The notes under the pieces: model-generated
Told to the model about the DNA's origin: nothing
Seen by the model: only the letters and a program-made list of their open reading frames with translations
The model's database searches: none
Shown here: one piece after another, positions 8,847 through 19,429 of the stretch
How the letters are laid out: the number at the start of each line of letters is the position of its first letter
Position numbering within the stretch: the stretch's first letter is position 1
Translations under genes and position numbers: made by a program
Assembly (NCBI GenBank): GCA_037133315.1
Contig: JBAXOJ010000003.1
Location: forward strand, 1 to 37,955
Length of the DNA stretch: 37,955 bases
Source: Clostridia bacterium
GTDB taxonomy: Bacteria; Bacillota; Clostridia; JBAXOJ01
Direction of reading: 5' to 3'

Positions 8847-10805
8847 TTATTTGTTTTCTTTCTCTAAAGCAAATGCTTCGTCTCGTTTTGTGTTATCTTT
8901 TTGTGTAAATAACGAAACAACTACCAAAACAATAAAGCTAATTGGCACTGAAAAAATTGCAGGGTTACTGATTGGCATCGGCGCTTTCACGTTCACAAGA
9001 TGATAAACCTGATCGTAAGTTTCCTGAGATAAGAGAATCATACCAAGAGCAACCACAAGCCCAACGACGATAGATGAAATGACACCTTTTGCTGTCGTCT
9101 TCTTCCAAAACAGAATCATTATAATTGCAGGCAAATTGGCAGATGCGGCAATCGCAAAAGCCCAACCTACAAGGAACGAAACGTTCATCCCTTTAAAAAG
9201 AATGCCTAGAAGAATCGCCACTGCGCCAACTCCAAGAGCGGCAATTTTACCCGCCTTCACCTTTGTTTTGTCCGTCATTTTCTTTTTCATCTTAAAGAAG
9301 TTATCCATCAAATCATGCGCAACTGCGCCTGATGCGGCAACTATCAGTCCACTTACTGTGCCGAGTACGGTCGCAAAGGCGATTGCAGAAATGATAGCAA
9401 AAATCGAGACACCAAAACTCTTAGCAAGCAATGGGGCGGCCATGTTTTCGTTTGTCAAATCCAATACGCCGTTTGTCATTGCACCAAGTCCCATATAAAG
9501 TGTTAATAAGTAGAACAGTCCAATCGCCAAAATTGCGACGATGGTCGATTTCCGCGCTGCAGCGGCACTTTTAACGGTATAATAACGAATTAAGATATGA
9601 GGCAATGCGGCCGTTCCAAGGAACAACGCGAGCATCAGAGAAATAAAATTCAGTCGGTCATTTGTCGTCGCGCCCTTTTCTGTATCTACTTTGTACTTTA
9701 ATCCTGGACTTAAGACATCTCTACCCGCGGTCGGCTTTTGATAATAGACTGTAAGCGTATTTGCACCGTCAGCAATGACCTCTTTCCCCCAGCGAAGGAC
9801 GGTTGAATTTTTAATTGCTTCCGAAAAGCTAAACAAGTCCATCGTACCACCGGTCTCTGCGACCTCATTTCCTTTTACAATAATTTTGCTCAGATTCCCC
9901 ACCGCATAAAACTTCCCATTTGCTTTGGGTTCTCCATTATAAAGTTCCTTTCCATCAGCGAGTTTTGCAATGGTTTGGGTCTCTTCAAGAACAGTTTTAT
10001 CTGCGCTGAGCTTCCACATGTTTTCTATCCCGTCTTTTGAGACTTTTGCAAAAGTCATATCATCTTGATTAAAAACATTCAGCAATTTATAGGCTGGATC
10101 TTTGAGACTCATTGCTTCTCCATTCAGCGAAACCGGCAAAGTTACAAATTTATGATATGGTACGTTGCCAGCTTGGTCAGGAGTAGTAGAAAGCCCGCGA
10201 GAAAGCACGAGGAAAACAAGTACTAATGAAAAGATAATTAACAAGCCACCTTTGAGAAATTGAACGTAAGTGGTAGACGCCATCCCAGCGGTTGCAACAA
10301 TGACTATAACAATGACCCCAACCATGATAACCCCAAGTTCATGTGGTAGCCCTAGCAATGGAGTAACAAGTGAACCAGCTCCAACCATCTGAGGGATTAA
10401 ATAAAAAATTGATACCAACAATGTGCTAATAGCGCCCGCAAGGCGAATTCCTTTTGATTTAAACTTAGAATCCAAAGCATCTGTAAACGTATATTTACCG
10501 AGGCGTTTCATCGGTTCAGCAACGACGAAAAGTGCAACCATCCATCCTGCTAAGTAACCAATGGAATACAGGAATCCATCATATCCCGACATTGCAATCA
10601 TGCCACAAATCCCTAAGAAGGATGCTGCAGATAAATAGTCGCCTGCAAACGCGACCCCGTTTACCGACCAGTGAATGGAACCACCTGCCGCAAAATAGCC
10701 AGAAGCAGATTTTGTTTTGCGCGCGAAATGGTATGAAATTGCTAACACTGCTAAGATAAAAATGACAAATATGCCGACCGCCAAGGGCGAAGAAGTATAA
10801 TTCAT
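8847..10805 (-). CDS. actP: Cation/acetate symporter, ActP-like (sodium:solute symporter family)
   Basis: NGVAFAGDYLSAASFLG, YLIPQMVGAG, GTAALPHILIRYYTV, AFATVLGTVSGL, AASANLP; coupled to DUF485. Confidence 0.88.
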   Translation of the reverse strand: MNYTSSPLAVGIFVIFILAVLAISYHFARKTKSASGYFAAGGSIHWSVNGVAFAGDYLSAASFLGICGMIAMSGYDGFLYSIGYLAGWMVALFVVAEPMKRLGKYTFTDALDSKFKSKGIRLAGAISTLLVSIFYLIPQMVGAGSLVTPLLGLPHELGVIMVGVIVIVIVATAGMASTTYVQFLKGGLLIIFSLVLVFLVLSRGLSTTPDQAGNVPYHKFVTLPVSLNGEAMSLKDPAYKLLNVFNQDDMTFAKVSKDGIENMWKLSADKTVLEETQTIAKLADGKELYNGEPKANGKFYAVGNLSKIIVKGNEVAETGGTMDLFSFSEAIKNSTVLRWGKEVIADGANTLTVYYQKPTAGRDVLSPGLKYKVDTEKGATTNDRLNFISLMLALFLGTAALPHILIRYYTVKSAAAARKSTIVAILAIGLFYLLTLYMGLGAMTNGVLDLTNENMAAPLLAKSFGVSIFAIISAIAFATVLGTVSGLIVAASGAVAHDLMDNFFKMKKKMTDKTKVKAGKIAALGVGAVAILLGILFKGMNVSFLVGWAFAIAASANLPAIIMILFWKKTTAKGVISSIVVGLVVALGMILLSQETYDQVYHLVNVKAPMPISNPAIFSVPISFIVLVVVSLFTQKDNTKRDEAFALEKENK

Positions 10806-11134
10806 TTATCATCCACTCCTTTCACGTCTTTTTCAACATCTGCATTAATTGCAATTTCTTCCTCGTCTAACTCTCCCGCTCTTTTCTCCGCTCGGGTACA
10901 AAGATGGTTATAAATAACCGCCAAAACAACCGCAAACGCAATGAGACCAAATCCATACACAATAGCTAGATTCAAACTTCCAATGTCTAATTTCATCCAT
11001 TTTGGTTCAAATACATTGATAAAAATAAATCCCGCATATACAATCGTATACACACAAAACATAATTACCCCTAACCTTGATTTGTAATCGGCCGCCCCAT
11101 CCTTGCCCCATTCCGTAGAAGGTCCATGTGCCAT
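10802..11134 (-). CDS. DUF485 (YjcH-like) small membrane subunit of ActP
   Basis: Two TM helices; 4-bp overlap with actP; probable start MAHGP at 11134. Confidence 0.8.
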   Translation of the reverse strand: MAHGPSTEWGKDGAADYKSRLGVIMFCVYTIVYAGFIFINVFEPKWMKLDIGSLNLAIVYGFGLIAFAVVLAVIYNHLCTRAEKRAGELDEEEIAINADVEKDVKGVDDK

Positions 11135-11271
11135 TTCCCTCGCTCCTCTCAAATTTCCTTCGTTTTTTACTACAATTTTCGACAATTTTTATAATTATAT
11201 CACCAACTTTTTATGAAAACAAGACATAATTATCACCTAGTACTAGTTATTTTTTTCACAATTAAAAATGC

Positions 11272-11306
11272 AAAAAAAAAGCCACTGTTTCTGATGAAAC
11301 AATGGC
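11272..11306 (-). terminator. Intrinsic terminator after nrdR
   Basis: Minus strand GCCATTGTTTC-ATCA-GAAACAGTGGC followed by T9. Confidence 0.85.
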
Positions 11307-11329
11307 ATAAAATCATTCTGAAAGAATTT

Positions 11330-11788
11330 TTATTTGTTTTCCTTGACCATCTTTTGCAGTTCATCCAAAAATGTACTAATGTCCTTGAATTGTCGATAGA
11401 CCGACGCAAATCTAACATAGGCAACATCATCCAACAATTTCAACCGGTCCATGATCATCTCGCCGACTTCGGAAACACTGATTTCCTTATGCAAGGTGCC
11501 ATAAATCCTGCCTTCAATTTCATCCACAATCTTTTCCAACTGGGAGCGCGAAACCGGACGCTTCTCGCAGGCTTTTTCCAGCCCTTTCAAGAGCTTTTCA
11601 CGGCTAAACGGCTGGCGGCTCAAATCTTTCTTGATAACCATCAACGGCATGTCTTCCACCTTTTCATAGGTGGTGAAACGTTTCTGACAACCGGTACACT
11701 CACGGCGTCGCCTGATTGCATATCCCTCGTCAGTCGGCCGGGAATCAATTACTTTGTCTTCGTCAAAACTGCAATACGGACATCTCAT
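11330..11788 (-). CDS. nrdR: Transcriptional repressor NrdR
   Basis: MRCPYC...VIDSR...[16 protein letters not shown] Zn-ribbon; ATP cone; [10 protein letters not shown]. Confidence 0.97.
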   Translation of the reverse strand: MRCPYCSFDEDKVIDSRPTDEGYAIRRRRECTGCQKRFTTYEKVEDMPLMVIKKDLSRQPFSREKLLKGLEKACEKRPVSRSQLEKIVDEIEGRIYGTLHKEISVSEVGEMIMDRLKLLDDVAYVRFASVYRQFKDISTFLDELQKMVKENK

Positions 11789-11818
11789 CTGATCACCTAT
11801 CTTTAGAAAGGATTTTTA

Positions 11819-12979
11819 TTATTTAAACTTCTTTCTTAAAAATACTGGAATATCTAAATCCTCGGAGGTGTCTTGCTTCGGCGCGATGGGCTCAAACGTC
11901 GGTGCAGGATCTGGAACAGCGGGAACATCCGCAGCGCGATTTGAACTAAACGGAGAAGTTCCTGTAAACGCAGGTGGAGCTTCATACTTTGGCACCGGGC
12001 GGGCATATCTGCCTGTGTTTTGCGTTGGTTCTTCAAATCCGGTTGCGATGACTGTCAAGATAACCTCATCACCAAGTTCTTCGTCGATCAATGCGCCAAA
12101 GATGATGTTAGCATCTGGATCCACTGATTTCGAAATCATTTCCGTCGCTTCGTAAATTTCATGCAAGGATAAGTCGCTGCCACCCGTTACATTGATGAGA
12201 ACAGATTGTGCGCCTTCGATGGAAGTTTCCAACAATGGGCTGTTGATTGCCGCTTTCGCAGCATCTTCTGCTCTGTTTTCACCGTAACCATGACCAATAC
12301 CCATATGACAAACGCCTTTTTGTTTCATAACCGTTGAAATATCAGCAAAATCGAGATTGATCAGTGCAGGTACCAAGATCAAATCGGATACGCCTTGTAC
12401 GCCTTGTAGCAATACATCATCCGCCATGCGGAACGCATCCACCATCGTGGTTCTCTTGTCCGAAATTGCTAACAGTTTTTCATTTGGAATCGCAATGAGG
12501 GTATCTACAACAGCCTTTAATTTATCAATGCCAATCTCCGCGCTTTGCAATCTTCTTCTTCCCTCAAATGCAAATGGTTTTGTCACCACAGCAACCGTCA
12601 AGATACCAAGGTCTCTTGCAATCGCAGCAACAACAGGCGCAGCACCAGTACCCGTACCACCGCCCATACCAGCAGTAATGAAAATCATATCCGATCCCTT
12701 AATGATTTCGGTGATTTCGTCTACACTTTCTGCAGCCGCTTTCTCGCCGATTTCCGGATTTGCACCAGCACCCAGTCCTTTGGTCAATTTCTCGCCAATC
12801 TGAATCTTTATGTGTGCATCCGAAGAGTGAAGTGCTTGTCTGTCTGTGTTAATTGCAATAAAGTCTACCCCTTGAAGGCCTGACGCAATCATTCGATTAA
12901 TTGCATTATTGCCTGCTCCGCCACAACCTACAACTTTTATAACCGCCATGCGATCACATCCCATTTCCACATCAATCAC
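11819..12979 (-). CDS. ftsZ: Cell division protein FtsZ
   Basis: [30 protein letters not shown] and the C-terminal DIPVFL peptide. Confidence 0.98.
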   Translation of the reverse strand: MIDVEMGCDRMAVIKVVGCGGAGNNAINRMIASGLQGVDFIAINTDRQALHSSDAHIKIQIGEKLTKGLGAGANPEIGEKAAAESVDEITEIIKGSDMIFITAGMGGGTGTGAAPVVAAIARDLGILTVAVVTKPFAFEGRRRLQSAEIGIDKLKAVVDTLIAIPNEKLLAISDKRTTMVDAFRMADDVLLQGVQGVSDLILVPALINLDFADISTVMKQKGVCHMGIGHGYGENRAEDAAKAAINSPLLETSIEGAQSVLINVTGGSDLSLHEIYEATEMISKSVDPDANIIFGALIDEELGDEVILTVIATGFEEPTQNTGRYARPVPKYEAPPAFTGTSPFSSNRAADVPAVPDPAPTFEPIAPKQDTSEDLDIPVFLRKKFK

Positions 12980-13066
12980 GGTAAATCCTCCTTTATATCT
13001 CTATTGTCATGTTTAAAATTCATGCAACTACTATAAAACATTTTAGCATAATAATCAATATTTTCA

Positions 13067-14332
13067 CTAAAATAGTTTTTTAATGATTCGCTTTAATCTT
13101 TTCTGTATCACGCGGATCTTTCGTTTCCACTCCTCAAATCCCATCTTTGGAATCTCATCTTCATCCTCTGGCGTCAAAATATCACTTGCTTTCATTTGCT
13201 TTTTCCCTTGCACCGAAACGTATTTGATCATCGCAATGGCAATTCCGTTTTCAGGACTTTCCCCACCGATATTCCGCCAAGAAGCGTTGCGCGCTGGCAA
13301 TTTGAAGACCGCCTCAGCCATTTGCGGGGCACCATCCATGTAATGAATGCCTGCCCCCGACAGGACGATGTTCTGGAAACTGCCCGTAAAGCCTGCATCC
13401 GTGATGCTTTGTTTTACGAGTTCAAAAATATCATAAATTCTTGCTTCAATAATCTCAATTGTTTCGGACACGCGAATTGATTTTCGGCGACTGGTCTCGA
13501 TGTCTTTGACGTAGACATCTTGGTCGTTTTCAATCAAACTTGTCAAGGCGAGCTCGTACTTTCTCTTAATTTTCTCCGCTTCATGAAGCGAAATCTTTAA
13601 ACACACGGCCAGATCACTAGAAATATGATGACCACCAACCAAAATCGATTGATACAACACAAGTTTTCCATCCATGTGGATTGAAAAATCAGTCATGCTC
13701 CCGCCAACATTTAGTAAGAGTACACCCGTTTCCTTTTCTTCGTCATTCAACACAACGGTGGATTCGGCCAACGCCTCTAAAATAAACCCGTCGATTTTTA
13801 TCCCAACGTTTTGCATGCTTTTGATGACGGACTGGACATAGATCGAATTCCCGAGTACGACATCCGCTTCGAGCCCTACCGTAGAGGCTGACATGCCCAA
13901 AGGATCGACGATGCCTTCATACTGGTCAATAAAATATTGCTTTGGAATGACATCCACAAGCGCCATGCCTTTTGGAGCATTGACTTGGCAAATTTTTTCG
14001 AGGAGTGATGTAATTTCGTTTTGCATCACAGTGAACGTACGGTTCGTCAAAGGGATACTCGTCGTGCGTTCTAGCACTAAGGAATGTAACCCGAAAAGAT
14101 TGACGTACGCAGAGCAAACCCGAAGATTTGCTTCACGTTCGGCAATGCCGACCGAACGCGCAATTGCATCCGCCACTGTGTCGATATCTACAATAATTCC
14201 TTTTTTTATCCCGTCATGATGTGAAATTCCCTTGCCATGAATCTCCACCCAGCCCCTGCCATCAATGTTTCCAATGATAGTGACAATTTTCGAGGAGCCT
14301 ATATCGATTGCGACAACTACATCTTTCATCAA
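13067..14332 (-). CDS. ftsA: Cell division protein FtsA
   Basis: IDIGSSKI, GIKKGIIVDI, DPLGM, VGGHHISSD, AEKIK, IIEARI; directly upstream of ftsZ. Confidence 0.92.
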   Translation of the reverse strand: MMKDVVVAIDIGSSKIVTIIGNIDGRGWVEIHGKGISHHDGIKKGIIVDIDTVADAIARSVGIAEREANLRVCSAYVNLFGLHSLVLERTTSIPLTNRTFTVMQNEITSLLEKICQVNAPKGMALVDVIPKQYFIDQYEGIVDPLGMSASTVGLEADVVLGNSIYVQSVIKSMQNVGIKIDGFILEALAESTVVLNDEEKETGVLLLNVGGSMTDFSIHMDGKLVLYQSILVGGHHISSDLAVCLKISLHEAEKIKRKYELALTSLIENDQDVYVKDIETSRRKSIRVSETIEIIEARIYDIFELVKQSITDAGFTGSFQNIVLSGAGIHYMDGAPQMAEAVFKLPARNASWRNIGGESPENGIAIAMIKYVSVQGKKQMKASDILTPEDEDEIPKMGFEEWKRKIRVIQKRLKRIIKKLF

Positions 14333-14715
14333 TCATGTCCTCCTTCGTCGTTCTGTTCAGGAAGCACTATTTTATCCTTTTTCGACATATTAGACAACAG
14401 TATTCTTCTAATTAATGCAAAATTCAAGAATAATCGGTTTCCAAATGCGAAAATCGCTGCCAAATACAACGGCATCCCCAGTTGGTCGCCAACATATGCC
14501 AGCCCCGCAGCAATAATTGCATTGCCAAAGAATCCCGAAATAAATATCTTTAAATCAAATTTATTTTGCAACCGGGCAGAAAACGCCCCAAAAATCGAGT
14601 CGAGTGCAGCAAGAATGCCGACCGCTACATAGATGGAGTACACGGGTGAAATGTTAAATGGAATAAAAAATATCCCGATGATAACTCCTAAAATCAATCC
14701 TAGTATTGGCAGCAT
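14329..14715 (-). CDS. sbp: Small basic protein Sbp (DUF1290)
   Basis: ILAALDSIFG...FISGFFGN...YLAAIFAFGNRLF.NFA.IRR; dcw position. Confidence 0.88.
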   Translation of the reverse strand: MLPILGLILGVIIGIFFIPFNISPVYSIYVAVGILAALDSIFGAFSARLQNKFDLKIFISGFFGNAIIAAGLAYVGDQLGMPLYLAAIFAFGNRLFLNFALIRRILLSNMSKKDKIVLPEQNDEGGHD

Positions 14716-14742
14716 GTTCTGTTCTCCCCTTTTCTCCAAATC

Positions 14743-15588
14743 TCAATCTTGTGCAACCTTCCAAATTAAATCTTCCGTCGTAGCGTAATCGAGTGTCCCT
14801 TTTTCCCCTACTTTGATTTTTGCCAACGATGCGTTGATAAAAGTCAAACGATAAATGAGTTGCGAATCTTCATAATCATTGATTTCGCCAAGCAGTACTT
14901 TGATATCCCCCGTCAAGTCCATGGCGATGTTGTTTGGCTTGGATACGTCAAACGCCGTGATTCTTGAAATCAATTCCTTAGGCAACTTGCTTTGGTAGTC
15001 TTGAAACAGTTTTATCAGGCGATTCACTTTGACTACCCCACTGGACGCATTCATTTTTGTCTGCCCACCAACTTTTTTTTCTGCAAACGCAAATCCCTTG
15101 AGCACCATCCGATTGTCGTTCGGCTTTTTTGAAACAATGTTCAAAATGACGCCTTCCGCATCCACAAGAGCAAACTTTTTATCAAATGGGAGATACAGAA
15201 ACGGAGTTCGTTCCGTTATCTTAATAACCAACTTTCCTCCAAGCCCAAATTTAAAATCGACGTTTTTAATATAAACATACTTTGCACGCAAACGGTCCTT
15301 ATATGGTTGCCAGGTCATAAACACTTTGTCAATCAAAGACCCTTCCACCGTATAAAATGCATTTCCGCCGATTGGCAATTTTGCTGTATCAAGGATGCTT
15401 TTCGTCGTAACCACTCGGTTGCCCTCCACCGATACTTTGCTAATATTGCAGACAGGCGAAACTGCTACGGCTACGGCCACAATCATCAATACAATGAGGA
15501 TCATCAAAACGCGAAACACAACGCCTGATTTTTTCTTTTTTCGCTTGCGTTTCCTCGCGGAAACATTTTTTCTTTTGTATTCTGCCAT
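14743..15588 (-). CDS. divIB: FtsQ/DivIB-type cell division protein
   Basis: Basic N-tail, single TM, POTRA-like region (VSVEGN...IKITERTP...LVDAEG), C-terminal GTLD. GGAGG SD before the ATG at 15588. Confidence 0.8.
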   Translation of the reverse strand: MAEYKRKNVSARKRKRKKKKSGVVFRVLMILIVLMIVAVAVAVSPVCNISKVSVEGNRVVTTKSILDTAKLPIGGNAFYTVEGSLIDKVFMTWQPYKDRLRAKYVYIKNVDFKFGLGGKLVIKITERTPFLYLPFDKKFALVDAEGVILNIVSKKPNDNRMVLKGFAFAEKKVGGQTKMNASSGVVKVNRLIKLFQDYQSKLPKELISRITAFDVSKPNNIAMDLTGDIKVLLGEINDYEDSQLIYRLTFINASLAKIKVGEKGTLDYATTEDLIWKVAQD

Positions 15589-15688
15589 TTTAACCTCCGG
15601 CACCTTGCTTTGTGCCTAATTTTACTTCAAATTTCATACAATTACAATGATATTTAATTGAAAATTTATGTTTTTATTGATTTTTCTA

Positions 15689-15718
15689 TTGCTTTTGCAA
15701 ACGCAACTGTGGTAAAAT
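15689..15718 (+). promoter_or_regulatory. SigA-type promoter of rpmB
   Basis: TTGCTT-N18-TAAAAT with an extended -10 TG. Confidence 0.55.
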
Positions 15719-15763
15719 TTCAAATGCTGTCTAACAGTCATACTAAAAAAGGAGGTGTTTTCA

Positions 15764-15970
15764 TTGGCAAAGTGCGTAATCTGCGAAAGAGGAACTATTT
15801 TCGGTAATAACCGAAGTCATGCCATGAATCAAACCAATCGGTCATATAAGACAAATGTAAGAAAAGTAAGAATCGTGATCAACGGGACGAACAAAGCTTC
15901 TTATGTTTGCACAAGATGCTTACGTTCGAATAAAGTGACTAGAGCCGTTAAAGAAACCAGAGCGGTATAA
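15764..15970 (+). CDS. rpmB: 50S ribosomal protein L28 (Zn-binding form)
   Basis: AKCVIC...GNNRSHA...R.YK.N...VCTRCLRS. AAGGAGGTG SD before the TTG at 15764. Confidence 0.95.
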   Translation: MAKCVICERGTIFGNNRSHAMNQTNRSYKTNVRKVRIVINGTNKASYVCTRCLRSNKVTRAVKETRAV

Positions 15971-16585
15971 ATCGCAAAGATCAGAAACCACACAGTCCGA
16001 ACACTTCGGATTTCGTGATGTACAAGTTTCTCTGCCATGTTCAATTAGAACATGGCATAATTTATTCCATTTTGAATCGACTAACAACTTCATCAAATCA
16101 TGTTCCACTTTGTTTGGGTCGTCCTGCTTTGTCAGGCCGATTCTCTTTGCTATTCTTCCCACGTGGGTATCCACAACGATTCCTGGCAACCCAAACGCTT
16201 CTGCTCGCACGACATTGGCGGTCTTTCGACCAACCCCTGGCAAACGCAATAGCGCCTCCATATCCACTGGAACAACCCCGCCAAATTCGGTCACAAGCAG
16301 TTTGCAGGCGGCTTGGATGTTTTTTGCTTTGTTTTTGTAAAACCCAGTGGAATGGATCAGCCGTTCCAGCGTTTCCAGTTCGATTTGCGCAAAATCCGAA
16401 GCTGTCTGAAGGATTTCAAACAGCCCCGGTGTCACTTTGTTTACTTGTTTATCGGTACATTGTGCGGAAAGTTGCGTCGCCACCAGCAACTGCAATGGAT
16501 TCTGAAACACAAGCGAGCATGTGGCATCAGGATACCGTGCAACCAACCGTTCGTATAGCAATTCCGCTTTTTGCTTTTTCTGCAA
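15920..16585 (-). CDS. nth: Endonuclease III
   Basis: LSAQCTD, HhH LPGVGRKTANVV, VDTHV, and the [4Fe-4S] motif C-X6-C-X2-C-X5-C. Confidence 0.95.
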   Translation of the reverse strand: MQKKQKAELLYERLVARYPDATCSLVFQNPLQLLVATQLSAQCTDKQVNKVTPGLFEILQTASDFAQIELETLERLIHSTGFYKNKAKNIQAACKLLVTEFGGVVPVDMEALLRLPGVGRKTANVVRAEAFGLPGIVVDTHVGRIAKRIGLTKQDDPNKVEHDLMKLLVDSKWNKLCHVLIEHGRETCTSRNPKCSDCVVSDLCDLYRSGFFNGSSHFIRT

Positions 16586-16600
16586 AATAGCCTCCCTCTC

Positions 16601-17899
16601 TTATCGTTCTTCTCCTAATGTCAAAGTTAATGGAACATATTTTGAATCTCGATATATTTCTACACTGATGACATCGCCAGGCTTGTGCAGTTTCTTCTCT
16701 ACATCCAACTCTTTGAACGTTTTCGTCCGTACACCATTCAGCTTCGTAATGATATCACCAATCTTGATTCCAGCTTTTTCTGCAGCGCTGCCCAGGTCTA
16801 CAAGCGCAACATAAACACCTTCTGGCATGCCTTTCGCATCCGCGAACGCTTTCGTGTAACGATTGTCAATGTTGATGCCAATATTCGGACGCCCTTTCAC
16901 ATATTTGTTCAAAATCAGTTCATCCGAAATGGTCTTTGCTGTGTTAGAAGGTATTGCAAATCCAATGCCCTCGAATTCAGTTGCTGAGATTTTAGAACTG
17001 TTGACCCCAACCAGTTGGCCGGCTAAGTTCACTAATGCACCACCGCTGTTACCAGGATTAATAGATGCATCCGTTTGAATCAGCTTCACTTCAGACCCTT
17101 CTCCTTGTAACGAACGATTCAATCCACTCACATATCCAACTGTAACAGATCCCTGCAACTCCATGCCGCCTGGGTTACCAATCGCGACCACCTGAGTTCC
17201 AACTTCCACTGTGCTAGAATCCGCAAACTCAATGGCCGGCAATCCAGTTTCTTCAATTTTAATGACGGCTAAATCGGTTCGCGAATCCCTGCCAACGATT
17301 TTCGCGGGATAACTCTTGTCGTTATTTGGCAGAACCACTTCGATTTTAGCATCCGGCAAAAGAATGCCGTTTTGGTCTAACGCCGCGTCAACGACGTGAT
17401 TATTTGTCATGATGTATCCATCTGTTCGAATGATAATCCCTGAACCAGAACCCTGCGATTCTTGCGGACCAAAAAAACCACTGTCCGTCACAGCCGTGAC
17501 ATTAATCCCCACTACACTCGGACCCGCTTTTTTTGCAACCAGAGTGATTGCATTTGAAGTCTTATCATTGATTTCAACAATTGGCGAAAGGGTCGGAGTC
17601 GGCGTATTGAAAAAATTTGGCAACGCGTCTTTGTTGAAGGAAAGAAATCCAATCAAAAGACCACAAGCCAGAATACTTCCCACAAGGGCACTCCCTACAC
17701 TGACTAAGATGATACGGCCCATCCCAAATTGCTTTTTCTCCTTTGGCTTCCGCCCGCTCTCTGGAGGTTGAAAATAAAAGCCTGTGTAATTCTCTTTCGC
17801 AGGCGCACTTGGCACCTCTGGCATCTCTGGTATCGCAGACACCTCTAAGATCTCTGGCACCTCTTGCTCCGTTTGTTCGTTTCTAAAATCTTCATTCAT
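16601..17899 (-). CDS. htrA: HtrA/DegP-family membrane serine protease with a PDZ domain
   Basis: TM anchor, GSGSG, TNNHVV, DLAV, QTDASINPGNSGG, one PDZ domain. Confidence 0.93.
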   Translation of the reverse strand: MNEDFRNEQTEQEVPEILEVSAIPEMPEVPSAPAKENYTGFYFQPPESGRKPKEKKQFGMGRIILVSVGSALVGSILACGLLIGFLSFNKDALPNFFNTPTPTLSPIVEINDKTSNAITLVAKKAGPSVVGINVTAVTDSGFFGPQESQGSGSGIIIRTDGYIMTNNHVVDAALDQNGILLPDAKIEVVLPNNDKSYPAKIVGRDSRTDLAVIKIEETGLPAIEFADSSTVEVGTQVVAIGNPGGMELQGSVTVGYVSGLNRSLQGEGSEVKLIQTDASINPGNSGGALVNLAGQLVGVNSSKISATEFEGIGFAIPSNTAKTISDELILNKYVKGRPNIGINIDNRYTKAFADAKGMPEGVYVALVDLGSAAEKAGIKIGDIITKLNGVRTKTFKELDVEKKLHKPGDVISVEIYRDSKYVPLTLTLGEER

Positions 17900-17938
17900 C
17901 TAAACCAACTCCTTTATCTTTATCATATAATAATAATT

Positions 17939-17968
17939 TGAACAAAATATGAATAAATTCCAAACAAA
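17939..17968 (-). promoter_or_regulatory. 11-bp-phased direct repeats upstream of htrA (OmpR-family operator candidate)
   Basis: Minus strand TTTGTTTG / TTTATTCA / TTTGTTCA at 11-bp spacing, followed by TATTAT. Confidence 0.4.
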
Positions 17969-19429
17969 TTATTGACTAATCCAAAACTCAAACGTAGACC
18001 CTCTGCCGATCTCGCTGCGTACAGAAATTTCTCCGCCATGCAAGTGGATGATTTCTCTTGCAATGGAAAGTCCGAGTCCTGTGCCCGATTGAATCGCGCC
18101 GCGCGACTTGTCCGCCTTATAAAACCGCTCAAATACTTGAGAAAGATTCTCCGCTGACATCCCTTCTCCCGTATCCGAAACACTTACAAACACCTTGTTT
18201 CCTTCGACGCGGGTCGCGACTTTGATCGCGCCATTTTCTGGCGTAAATTTGATTGCATTGGAAATCAAATTAATCATGACTCGGTCTAACAAATCCGAAT
18301 CTCCCTTGACTTTGCAGTCGGCTTCGTCGAACGAAGTCTCAAACACGATGTTCTTTTGTAGTATGAGCGACTCCAACTTTATGACGCTTCTGCGCACGAG
18401 TTCATTGAGATCCACGAGGAACATTTCTGCAGAAAGTTTTCCCGATTGCATGCGCGATAAATCGAGCAAGTCATCCACAAGTCTACTTAATCGAGTGGTT
18501 TCTTCCCGTACGATTTGTAGATAATAATCCCGTTTATTGGGCTCAATGGTGCCGTCCAGCATCGCATCGATAAATCCTCGCATGGAGGTCATCGGGGTCC
18601 TGAGCTCATGCGAGACGTTTGCGATGAAATCGCGACGCATGTTTTCGAGGTTCTCGAGAGACACTGCCATGGCATTGAAACTCCGTGCCAGTTGCCCAAT
18701 CTCGTCTTTAGAATTTTCGGTCACCCTTTGCCCCATCTCACCCTTCGCCATCCGCGCGGACGCTATGCTCATTTCCTTGATTGGTTTGGTAATCCGCCGC
18801 GTTATGAAATATAAACTCAGCAACACGCCTAAAATTGCAATGGCGCCCCAAGCAATATACATGTTGATGGCGTTTTGACGCGTCTGGTAGACTTCTGGCA
18901 TTTTCACAAATGAATACACGATAAACTGCCCGCTCAGGCCCTCCGCCGTAATCTGCTTCAGCTCTGCTACCGTCAAAATATCCTGCCCGATGCTTTTAAA
19001 TAGCCCATAAAAATCGCCACTAGTCTGAATGTCCTCGCCAGTTTTCAATACGGCACTCGTCTGGCGCGGATCACCGAGAGAGTAGTAGGTCCCATCGAAC
19101 TTGAGGGTGTTTTTTAGAACCGCAGGATCCGTCAACCCGTCAATAATTCTTCCGTTTGTGTCCGCAATCCAAATGAGCGCACCGGTCGTCTGCTCGATGC
19201 GCGCGATGTTGCGCTGGAAAATGTTTTTCATGATTGGGTTAGTCGTTTCCCCAAGATATTCGTTGTAGATGTTCCCAACGTCCTCCGCTGCCAATTTCAA
19301 TTCACTGACCTTTGATGCAGTCATCGTCTGCTGCAAATAGGCAAATAGCGCAAAGCCAGTGACGATAAACGTCACAATCAAGGTCACCGAAATGATAAGG
19401 ATTAGCTTGCCAAATAGCGTTCTTGTCAT
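17969..19429 (-). CDS. HAMP-domain sensor histidine kinase
   Basis: Two TM helices, HAMP (DEIGQLARSFN), H-box SHELRTP, N-box NAIKF, DTGEG, FERFYK, GTGLGL. Confidence 0.95.
   Translation of the reverse strand: MTRTLFGKLILIISVTLIVTFIVTGFALFAYLQQTMTASKVSELKLAAEDVGNIYNEYLGETTNPIMKNIFQRNIARIEQTTGALIWIADTNGRIIDGLTDPAVLKNTLKFDGTYYSLGDPRQTSAVLKTGEDIQTSGDFYGLFKSIGQDILTVAELKQITAEGLSGQFIVYSFVKMPEVYQTRQNAINMYIAWGAIAILGVLLSLYFITRRITKPIKEMSIASARMAKGEMGQRVTENSKDEIGQLARSFNAMAVSLENLENMRRDFIANVSHELRTPMTSMRGFIDAMLDGTIEPNKRDYYLQIVREETTRLSRLVDDLLDLSRMQSGKLSAEMFLVDLNELVRRSVIKLESLILQKNIVFETSFDEADCKVKGDSDLLDRVMINLISNAIKFTPENGAIKVATRVEGNKVFVSVSDTGEGMSAENLSQVFERFYKADKSRGAIQSGTGLGLSIAREIIHLHGGEISVRSEIGRGSTFEFWISQ

Noticed and set aside
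11213-11806. 197-aa plus-strand ORF
   Set aside because: Antisense to nrdR and spans its terminator.
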